A DNA stretch of 64,000 nucleotides from contig JALHMV010000002.1 in NCBI GenBank assembly GCA_022843855.1, forward strand, positions 14,496 to 78,495, written 5' to 3'. Under the pieces are notes generated by a model, which saw nothing but the letters and a program-made list of their open reading frames with translations, searched no databases and was not told the DNA's origin. Source of the DNA: Patescibacteria group bacterium (GTDB taxonomy: Bacteria; Patescibacteriota; UBA1384; 2-12-FULL-50-11). Shown here piece after piece: positions 56,452 to 64,000 of the stretch; within the stretch, counting starts at the first letter, position 1; each line of letters begins with the position of its first letter. The translations under genes were made by a program, and so were the position numbers.

Positions 56452-57954
56452 CTACCGTGATGACGGACCGGCGGTGATGGCTAGAGTATGGGAGACGTAC
56501 CCAAAGAGCGGAAAGACCTTATTGGCAAACTCGTCAATCGTCGTGATCCCCGCCGCCAGATACCAATTCGGTTGAGCAAACGGCAGGTCGTAAAAGCGCT
56601 TGGTCCACTCAACTTCAGTTTCCATCACGATGGCGTACGGCAAATACGCTAAAAATTTGTCCTGGCTGTGAGTAGCGAACGAAACCGGCCCAGAGGAGGC
56701 CAGATACCGTCCGAAAACCAGCCACCTGGCCAACTCACGGTCGCCGTAGACTGTCCGGCTCGGTAAGCCTCGAGAAAAAATGAAGATCAGAATCGCGGAG
56801 ATAAGCATACCAATCCAGAAGAGCAGAAAGAACGGTGCGTCAGTGAAGATGAAGAGAGAGAGAAAGAACCCAACTAGGCCGATGAAGAACAGCCCAACCC
56901 CGACTGCCTGGTATCTTCGGTGAAGGCGAAGCGGGTTGGTGTAGAAATAGCCAAGATCGTTGATCTTTTTATACGCAAGCATAAAAGCCTGGCTAATCCG
57001 CTTACTAAACAGCTCCTGGGCGAGCGTAAAGCTAATCTCCTCTGAATCAGTTCGGTCTGAAATCGGGCCGAAAATCTGATCGAGCAACACCTGCTCGAAA
57101 TCCTCAAGTCGGTCGTGAGCTGCCCGGCGAGAGAAACGGAAATCAGTAGCACTCACCTGGCGAATAACGAGATGTCCACGGCGGGCCAGATCGATCAGCG
57201 TCGCCGCCACGTCTCGGCTGTTGAGGTGACCACGCATCAGGATGCCAAGCAGTGCCGGCGCAAGTCGGGTTGGTGGATCGTCGATCTGGCCGAGATGCTC
57301 GGTGGGCGCTCGGCGGTTACGAGCGATCGCTATCATCAGCAGTAGTAACATCGTCAGTACCGGCAGGGCGATCGAGACGCTCGACCAGACTACTGGCGGC
57401 AAATCAGAAAGACGTTGCTGGAGCGCTCTCAATGCCGTAATCGAAAGGTAGGACTGCGGTACTTCGATCTCCCAAGTCAACTGCGCCTGGCTGCCGATCG
57501 AAGCAGCCTCGAAAAGAAGCGTCTGAGGATCGAGGAGCTGACTACGGACAACCGACGCGCCGCCGTTATTAATAAAGCGATGACCGATCGCCTGATCGTT
57601 GATCGGCTTTGGCAGAAAGAGGGCGACCGAAAACTGATCGAGAGCCTGGTTGGGTCGATCAACGACTTGGTAGCGAAATCGGTACGTTTGCTCGCCGGTG
57701 ATCGTTTCAACCGTTAGACGCTCGTTACCAAGAAAGAACGTGCCGCTTTCAGTCATTCGAATGGCGAGATCGTACGTTCGATCAGGATCGCCCGACGCAG
57801 CATCGGGAACGTCATCGGCTCGAAGCGGGCCAAAACTACTGATCCCAAAACCAACAGCAGCCAGCACGACAAAAAAGAAAAACGACTTCGAGTAAAACCC
57901 GACTGACCGCAGTAACGCGCCTACGACGCCATCTCCTCCCATGATTGTTCCCAT
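56452..57954 (-). CDS. DUF2207-like membrane protein (start uncertain)
   Basis: ATLIDLARRGHL, W..F.RYL, YLPYAI...VE.EW..F. Confidence 0.75.
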   Translation of the reverse strand: MGTIMGGDGVVGALLRSVGFYSKSFFFFVVLAAVGFGISSFGPLRADDVPDAASGDPDRTYDLAIRMTESGTFFLGNERLTVETITGEQTYRFRYQVVDRPNQALDQFSVALFLPKPINDQAIGHRFINNGGASVVRSQLLDPQTLLFEAASIGSQAQLTWEIEVPQSYLSITALRALQQRLSDLPPVVWSSVSIALPVLTMLLLLMIAIARNRRAPTEHLGQIDDPPTRLAPALLGILMRGHLNSRDVAATLIDLARRGHLVIRQVSATDFRFSRRAAHDRLEDFEQVLLDQIFGPISDRTDSEEISFTLAQELFSKRISQAFMLAYKKINDLGYFYTNPLRLHRRYQAVGVGLFFIGLVGFFLSLFIFTDAPFFLLFWIGMLISAILIFIFSRGLPSRTVYGDRELARWLVFGRYLASSGPVSFATHSQDKFLAYLPYAIVMETEVEWTKRFYDLPFAQPNWYLAAGITTIDEFANKVFPLFGYVSHTLAITAGPSSR

Positions 57955-58769
57955 TGTACCCGGTTCCTTCTGGGAGTGGGTAGGTGCGCGCCGATAATAG
58001 CCGCGGCGCTCTCCCCTTCGAGAAAACCGGTCTTTAGGCCAAGATCGATATCGATCAACAGCGCCGTCAAAGCTCGTTTTTCATCACTGGGACGCAGCTC
58101 TTTGCGAACAGCAGCGGCGAGCGATCCCATCGTTAGTTCCATCGGCTCCCCCTGACGAACTTTGCGCGCTAATTCTTGGCGAACCCCTGACCAATCTTGT
58201 TTGCGAACTAGATTAAAAAACACAAACGGCTCACTGGCCTGTTCTCTCGCTCGGCCACCGCTCAGCTCACCTCCGAGGCGACTCTGTAACTCGGTCTCCA
58301 ACCACCACAGATCGGTAATTGGTTCTGCCGCCAAGGCAGCAACTGCCTCTCCAGACAGCTCGAGGCCCAACTCGGTCGCTCGTTTCGCAATCCAGTGCGT
58401 CCGTGCTTTGCCGACCGGTGTCGTGACGGCGATTGTCTTACTGGCTCCCGCAAGGGCTTGCAGCAATTCCTGGTCAGCCACCGCTCTGCCGTCCCAGACG
58501 ACAACGACCGTCGAGGACGGAACATCTGCCAAAACTCTCGGAAGAATCTTTTGGACACTCAGCGGAAATAGGCCAAGCCGGCGAATGATTACTAGGCGCG
58601 TTGTAGCGAAGAGCGGCACAGCCTGCAGGTCGGCCCAGTTTGGAGCGCTGGTCGTCTCGTCAATTGCGACCAGCTCTGCGCCGTCGTTTTTGGCAAGATA
58701 CTTATCCTTAATCTGTTTTATCGCGTGGCCGGCCAGATACGAATCGTTGCCGGAAAGAAAGATCAGCAT
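57921..58769 (-). CDS. holA: DNA polymerase III delta subunit
   Basis: LIFLSGNDSYL..PLFATTRLVII..LETEL..D.GLKTG; downstream of polA. Confidence 0.8.
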   Translation of the reverse strand: MLIFLSGNDSYLAGHAIKQIKDKYLAKNDGAELVAIDETTSAPNWADLQAVPLFATTRLVIIRRLGLFPLSVQKILPRVLADVPSSTVVVVWDGRAVADQELLQALAGASKTIAVTTPVGKARTHWIAKRATELGLELSGEAVAALAAEPITDLWWLETELQSRLGGELSGGRAREQASEPFVFFNLVRKQDWSGVRQELARKVRQGEPMELTMGSLAAAVRKELRPSDEKRALTALLIDIDLGLKTGFLEGESAAAIIGAHLPTPRRNRVQWEQSWEEMAS

Positions 58770-61459
58770 CAGCCCTTTAGCTCGGCCCAGTTGGTGCCGT
58801 GATTGACGTCGACAACGAGCGGAACTTTCAGTTCGGCGACGGTACTCATCACTTTCTCAATGTGGGCTTCCGTTGCTTCGACTGCGTTCTTGTCCACTTC
58901 AAACAAAAGCTCGTCGTGAATCTGGAGCAGCATCGTTGCGCCTTCCGGAAGTTCGTCAACCACGCGAATCATCGCCATTTTCATCAGGTCAGCGACCGTC
59001 CCCTGACACGGCATATTGACGGCCATCCGCTCGGCGGCCGATCTCATCATCATGTTCGGCGAGTGGATATCTGGCAGATACCGACGGCGGCCAAACAACG
59101 TCGCCACGTAACCTTGCTCACGCGCCTGATTCTTCTTCGCTTCAATAAACGCCGCTACGCCGGGGAAGGTTGCAAAATACTTATCAATAAACGCTCGCGC
59201 TTCAGTCGCGCTGATCCCAAGATCGTTTCCGAGCGCTGAGGCACCGAGACCGTAAATAATCCCGAAGTTAATCGCTTTGGCGGCCCGTCGATCCACCCCT
59301 AACTGGTTGGCAACCGCCGCGTGAAAGTCCGCTTCTGACTGAAAAGCGTGAATCAACCCTGAGTCCTCCGATAGATGCGCCAAGACGCGCAATTCGGCTT
59401 GGGAGTAATCGGCCCCGATAAACACCTTCCCCTTCTCAGCGATAAATGCTCGGCGGACTTTATTGCCCAGCTCTGTTCGGATTGGGATGTTTTGGAGATT
59501 TGGGTTATTACTGTTCATCCGGCCAGTCGCTGCGCCGATTTGGCCAAAGGAGGTGTGAACCCGGCCGTTCTTATCGGCGAGTGTCGGCAGAACCTCAACA
59601 TACGTATTCAAAAGCTTACTCATCTCCCGAAACTCGAGAACCTTCTGAACGATTGGGTGGGCACCACCAAGCTTGGTCAGACTATCAGCGTCGGTCGAAT
59701 AGCCAGACTGAGTTTTTTTAATGCCGACAACGGGCAGGTTGAGTTTGGTAAATAAGATCTCTTGGAGCTGGGCCGGGGAAGCAACGTTAAAGTCCTGGCC
59801 GGCCAGTTTTTTGATCTCGGCTTCAATCTTGGCGATCTCTTTCTTGAGGTAGCCGCCCAAATCCTTGAGGTATTCGCTGTCGAGCTTGATACCGACCAGT
59901 TCCATCCGGGCCAGGATCGGGGTCAACGGCATCTCAATCTCGTAAAAAACCCGCTTGAGGTCAATCTCTTCGATCGACGGCATCAACTTCTCCCAGAGCC
60001 GCCAAGTAACAATCACATCTTCGCAGGCGTAAGCAGCCAGTTCGTCGAGCGAAGCATCCGTCATTTTGCCGGTCTTCTTGCCACCCAAGAGTTGGGTCGT
60101 CGGGATTTTTTGAATCCCCAGCTCAGAAAACGCCAGCGCATCGAGGCCATGAGCGTAGAGTCCGGTATTAACTAATTGGGAGGCGATCATCGTGTCGGCG
60201 CATACGTTTTTTACCTCAAAGCCAGCGCGGGCCAGAGAAAGAAGATCGTATTTGATGTTGTGACCGACTTTCTTGATCGAATCGTTACCGAGGATTGCCT
60301 GAAGGGAGTCCCGCACCTCCTCGAGCCGTAGGCCGCCATCGTACACCGGACCGACCGGCAGATAGGCACCCTGGTCAGCGCCCCAAGCAAACGCCAAGCC
60401 GATTAGCTCGCCATCAACGTCCACGGTTTCGGTATCGACTACTAAAAGCGGTTGTTTTTGCAGAATCGACACCAGCTCGCTCCACCTCTCGAGCGTCGTT
60501 ACCGCCTCCCAGGGGAGCGTTGGCTCGATCTTGGTCGCTTCTTTCTTCAAGCTGGTTGAGCTAAACAATTCGGCTTGACTACCGAGATTAGCGTGCGGCA
60601 GTTTCGTGAGGAGGGACTTGAAATCGAGCTCGTGAAAGAGCGTTACGACTTTACTGAAATCAAAATTAGTGACATCAGCTGCCTTGAGATCAAGATCGAT
60701 TGTGAGATCCTTGCGGATCGCCGCTAAGCGTTGGCTCATCATCACCTGTTCCTTATTGTCGGCCAGGATCTGTCGAGTTCGATCTTTTAGCTCGTCCAGG
60801 TGCTCGTAGATACCTTCGAGTGCTTGGTACTTATGGAGTAAGTCGGTAGCGGTTTTCGGCCCAATGCCAGGAGCGCCGGGAATATTATCCGAAGAGTCAC
60901 CAGCCAGCGCTTTATAGTCGATCACTTGTTCAGGGAAGATGCCAAGCTTCTCGTAGACCGCGCTGCGATTAAAGGTTAGGGTATCGGTAACGCCGCGACG
61001 CAGACTATAGACAGACGTGGTGTCGTTAACCAGCTGCAACGCGTCGTTGTCGCCGGTTACGATGACAGCGTGTAGGCCCTGTTGGGCGGCAACCACAGAT
61101 AAAGAGCCGATCAAATCGTCGGCTTCAACGCCTTTTTGGGCAAACAGCGGCATGTTTAAAACCTCGACAATCTGGCGAACGCGAGGGAACTGCAAGGTTA
61201 GAGCTTCGTCAGACTCCTTACGATGCGCCTTATAGCCGTCATAAATTTCGTTGCGAAACGTTTCCTTGCCGGCATCAAAACAGGCAACCGCGTACTCCGG
61301 CTTCTCGTCCTTAATCGCTTTTAGAAGCGCGGCTGCAAATCCGTACACAGCGTTGACCTGCTCGCCCGCCGGCGTCGAGAGCGGCGGCAGGGCATGGTAT
61401 GAGCGATGAACCAGCGCGTTGGCATCGAGTAACAGAATCTTCGGCGCCGCTTTACTCAT
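58769..61459 (-). CDS. polA: DNA polymerase I
   Basis: 5'-3' exo (LLDANAL, EADD, GDSSDNIPG), 3'-5' exo (VDTET, HNIKYD, YACED), polymerase (DYSQAELR, KAINFGIIYG, QIHDEL). Confidence 0.98.
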   Translation of the reverse strand: MSKAAPKILLLDANALVHRSYHALPPLSTPAGEQVNAVYGFAAALLKAIKDEKPEYAVACFDAGKETFRNEIYDGYKAHRKESDEALTLQFPRVRQIVEVLNMPLFAQKGVEADDLIGSLSVVAAQQGLHAVIVTGDNDALQLVNDTTSVYSLRRGVTDTLTFNRSAVYEKLGIFPEQVIDYKALAGDSSDNIPGAPGIGPKTATDLLHKYQALEGIYEHLDELKDRTRQILADNKEQVMMSQRLAAIRKDLTIDLDLKAADVTNFDFSKVVTLFHELDFKSLLTKLPHANLGSQAELFSSTSLKKEATKIEPTLPWEAVTTLERWSELVSILQKQPLLVVDTETVDVDGELIGLAFAWGADQGAYLPVGPVYDGGLRLEEVRDSLQAILGNDSIKKVGHNIKYDLLSLARAGFEVKNVCADTMIASQLVNTGLYAHGLDALAFSELGIQKIPTTQLLGGKKTGKMTDASLDELAAYACEDVIVTWRLWEKLMPSIEEIDLKRVFYEIEMPLTPILARMELVGIKLDSEYLKDLGGYLKKEIAKIEAEIKKLAGQDFNVASPAQLQEILFTKLNLPVVGIKKTQSGYSTDADSLTKLGGAHPIVQKVLEFREMSKLLNTYVEVLPTLADKNGRVHTSFGQIGAATGRMNSNNPNLQNIPIRTELGNKVRRAFIAEKGKVFIGADYSQAELRVLAHLSEDSGLIHAFQSEADFHAAVANQLGVDRRAAKAINFGIIYGLGASALGNDLGISATEARAFIDKYFATFPGVAAFIEAKKNQAREQGYVATLFGRRRYLPDIHSPNMMMRSAAERMAVNMPCQGTVADLMKMAMIRVVDELPEGATMLLQIHDELLFEVDKNAVEATEAHIEKVMSTVAELKVPLVVDVNHGTNWAELKG

Positions 61460-61477
61460 TGGCCGAGTATAGCAACA

Positions 61478-62827
61478 TTAACGCACCTGATATTTAACCA
61501 GCAGCTCTTCAAGAACACCCCGGTCTGACCAAGGGATGAAGCCGTCTTTGGTGACCATCACTTTTTCAGCACCTTTACCGAGCACTAGGATCACATCCTG
61601 CGGCCGAGCCATCGCTAAAGCTTTGGCGATCGCCTCTTTCCGGTCCGGAATTCGCCACCACCAGATGTCTTCGCCAGAATCTTTGTATTTGATCGGGATC
61701 TCCGACTCTTTGTTAACTCGGAGGCGACCGCCGCGGTTTGGCCGGCCACGAGGCACGCCCTCGGCAACTTCGTCGATAATCGCGTGCGGGTCTTCGCCGT
61801 ACGGATCGTCGGTGGTCAGGATAACGTAATCGGCGTACTTACCGGCCAGCGCCCCGAGAATCGGACGCTTAGCGCGATCGCGCTCGCCTGTCGCGCCAAA
61901 CACGACAATCATCTTGCCCCGCACGGTCGGCTTGACGGTTTCGTATACCTTCAGCATCGCGTCCGGCGTGTGGGCGTAGTCGACAATCACCGTAAACGCC
62001 TGGCCCTCATCAATCACCTCCATCCGACCCGGCACACCCGAAACTGATCGGAGACCGATGATAACTGTTTCGAGCGACAGGCCGGAAGCCAGCCCAACGG
62101 CGGCGGCGGCGAGGGCGTTGTAAACGTTAAAGGTACCGGGCAGCGGCAGGTTGACGGTCGCTTGGCGGCCCTCGATGAGCAAGACAAAATCGGTACCACC
62201 AGGTCGGGCGTAGATTTTTTTAGCCATCACATCGCCGCGGTTCTTAGTCGAATAAATAACGGTTCGGTTGGCGGTGTACTTCAAGAAATGCTCAGCGACT
62301 GGGTCGTCGCCGTTGACGATCGTCAGCGCCGGCCGACCCTCAAACAGCTTCTCTTTGGCCTTCCGGTAGTTCTCCATCGTGCCGTGATAGTCGAGGTGAT
62401 CGTGAGTTAAATTAGTAAAGACGGCGGTATCGAACTTGATCCCCCAGAGCCGATGTTGGACTAAACCGATCGAGGTCACTTCGAGCACCACGTCCTGACA
62501 GCCGGCGTCCGCCATTTGGCGCAGTAGCTTTTGCACCAAGAACGGGCTCGGTGTCGTCATCTTGAGATTGTTTTCGATGTAGCGACCGTTGATCTTGAAA
62601 CCGATCGTCGTAATCATTCCGACCGGACGGTGGGCGGCTTCCAGAACGGAAGTAATTAAGTGGCAAGTTGTTGTTTTGCCGTTCGTACCAGTCACACCGA
62701 TGATGCGCATCCTGCGAGCCGGGTGACCGTAGCGGTACGCCGCAATAACGCCACGCGTTAGGTGGTAGAAGTTGATGAGCCAGTCTGGGGTGGCTTGCCG
62801 GACTTTTTTCTTGAGCGTGCGGATCAT
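61478..62827 (-). CDS. murE: UDP-N-acetylmuramoyl-tripeptide synthetase
   Basis: GVTGTNGKTTT, FTNLTHDHLDYH, VPGRME, DYAHTPD, GKGAE. Confidence 0.93.
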   Translation of the reverse strand: MIRTLKKKVRQATPDWLINFYHLTRGVIAAYRYGHPARRMRIIGVTGTNGKTTTCHLITSVLEAAHRPVGMITTIGFKINGRYIENNLKMTTPSPFLVQKLLRQMADAGCQDVVLEVTSIGLVQHRLWGIKFDTAVFTNLTHDHLDYHGTMENYRKAKEKLFEGRPALTIVNGDDPVAEHFLKYTANRTVIYSTKNRGDVMAKKIYARPGGTDFVLLIEGRQATVNLPLPGTFNVYNALAAAAVGLASGLSLETVIIGLRSVSGVPGRMEVIDEGQAFTVIVDYAHTPDAMLKVYETVKPTVRGKMIVVFGATGERDRAKRPILGALAGKYADYVILTTDDPYGEDPHAIIDEVAEGVPRGRPNRGGRLRVNKESEIPIKYKDSGEDIWWWRIPDRKEAIAKALAMARPQDVILVLGKGAEKVMVTKDGFIPWSDRGVLEELLVKYQVR

Positions 62828-62830
62828 AAA

Positions 62831-63742
62831 TTAGAGTGCCCTCCGGCGTCGCTTCTGGGCGTACCGGTATATGGTATACCAGACCGGGCGATGAACCAAG
62901 TCCCAACTCCCCAACATCCTCACCGATTGGCCGCCGAACTGCGTCTTGAACCGGGTCAGACCAGCATGCACATGGTCTTCTTTTCCTTCTGGCGCGATTG
63001 CGAGCAAGTCGTACACCTGGCAACCTTCTTTCTTGGCCCGCTTGATCGCCGCCCAGTGCATCAGGTACGGCGCCATGAGACTCCGATCCCCGCCCGAGCC
63101 ACCGTAGAGATAGCTGGCTACATTACCGTAGAAAGTGACGAGCGCGGCCGCCAAAACCTCACCGTTACGACTCACGGTAACAATCTCACCAAGTCTATCG
63201 CCGCGGATTGCCTCAACGAGCGCCACAAAATAAGCAGAATCGCGTCCGGCAAAACCGGTCCGCTTAGCCGTTTCTTGGTACAGGCTAGCAAGCGCCTCAA
63301 CTTTTTCTGGCTCCAGTCCCCAGGCAACCTTCAGGTCGTGCTTTTCAGCTACCCGAATGTTGTAGCGACCTTTCGGCTTCATTTCCTTCAGAAGCTCGTC
63401 CTCGGTCTTGTCGAGCAGCACCCACTGCCGGTAATCCGGTTGAACATCCTCAAACGACTTGGTCAGTCCCAGCTCAACGAGACGCTTGGCGTTGTCAGCC
63501 GTCCAGACATTCAAAAATTCAAATCGCGTAAATATTCGATTACTTGGTACTGCCTGCTTAGCTTCGTGACGAACAAATCCTAGACTTTCCTCATTGAGCG
63601 GTAACTCCGGAAAATAGAGCATCGACTTGCCAAAGCCGAGCACCCGCTCGAGGCCGTAAAAGTCCCCTGTTTGCTTAACTTCCCAGCCAAACCGCTCCTT
63701 AAAACGGCTCCAAGCTTCAGTTTGAAAGACAGATCGCAGCAT
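62831..63742 (-). CDS. FemABX family peptidoglycan bridge aminoacyltransferase
   Basis: FQT..W..FK, QP, RYNIR.A.K, YLYGGS, YD.., GL.RFK..FGG. Confidence 0.9.
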   Translation of the reverse strand: MLRSVFQTEAWSRFKERFGWEVKQTGDFYGLERVLGFGKSMLYFPELPLNEESLGFVRHEAKQAVPSNRIFTRFEFLNVWTADNAKRLVELGLTKSFEDVQPDYRQWVLLDKTEDELLKEMKPKGRYNIRVAEKHDLKVAWGLEPEKVEALASLYQETAKRTGFAGRDSAYFVALVEAIRGDRLGEIVTVSRNGEVLAAALVTFYGNVASYLYGGSGGDRSLMAPYLMHWAAIKRAKKEGCQVYDLLAIAPEGKEDHVHAGLTRFKTQFGGQSVRMLGSWDLVHRPVWYTIYRYAQKRRRRAL

Positions 63743-63781
63743 TCATGTACTAGTATACGTCCAACCTGTAAAATTAACGAG

Positions 63782-63871
63782 ATGCGGATACTAGCGATTG
63801 AGACATCCTGTGACGCATTCGACTCGTCCGAAGGACGGGGGAGAATTACGAGCGGGGAGTTACACTTATGA
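63782..63871 (+). other. Upstream 29-codon mini-ORF starting with a synonymously recoded copy of the tsaD N-terminus
   Basis: [11 protein letters not shown] then [18 protein letters not shown]; its TGA overlaps the tsaD ATG (ATGA). Confidence 0.85.
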
Positions 63872-64000
63872 GAATATTGGCAATCGAGACTTCCTGCGAC
63901 GAAACGGCGGCCGCAATCGTTGAGGACCACAACTATCAGCCAGTCGTCATTAGCAACATTGTCGCCTCGCAAATGGAGGTTCACGCCGAGACCGGTGGGG
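63868..64000 (+). CDS. tsaD: tRNA N6-threonylcarbamoyladenosine transferase TsaD (5' part only)
   Basis: [33 protein letters not shown]. Confidence 0.92.
   Translation, partial: MRILAIETSCDETAAAIVEDHNYQPVVISNIVASQMEVHAETGG

Noticed and set aside
62762-63583. 273-aa plus-strand ORF
   Set aside because: Antisense to the femABX-like gene.
1-64000. Prophage, integrase, transposase, or alternative genetic code (TGA=Gly)
   Set aside because: No such genes recognised; conserved genes end normally at TGA and are not fragmented.

Overview
This is bacterial chromosomal DNA using the standard genetic code (TGA = stop). Gene content points to a Patescibacteria/CPR organism (inference): a shortened S20, FemAB next to MurE, DUF5663/DUF5652/DUF5674-like proteins, no amino-acid or cofactor biosynthesis genes, and many apparently leaderless genes. 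Core genes are lysS, rmuC, dnaG-rpoD, ppsA, recA-recX, ftsK, rnj, pnp, rpsO, rpsT, lepB, holA, polA, murE and tsaD (partial). They are interspersed with surface proteins (two BNR beta-propellers, a beta-helix protein with a dockerin-like tail next to a cohesin-like protein, degenerate M23 proteins, YARHG, an amidase, PEP-CTERM) and with repair and stress genes. The most unusual signal is a set of short inserts that each duplicate a gene terminus. The first 11 codons of tsaD occur twice with only synonymous differences, and the upstream mini-ORF is coupled to tsaD by an ATGA overlap. tRNA-Ser is nested between two extra copies of its 5' end and two extra copies of its 3' end. tRNA-Asn has a 3'-end echo, and one CDS stop region is repeated as a 33-bp tandem. 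Also notable are a group I intron inside the tRNA-Asn anticodon, an unannotated 41-aa Cys/His-rich metallothionein-like ORF, an HEXXH lipoprotein missed by the ORF track, and a divergent sigma factor directly after rpoD. All family calls come from reading motifs by eye; no database searches were run.
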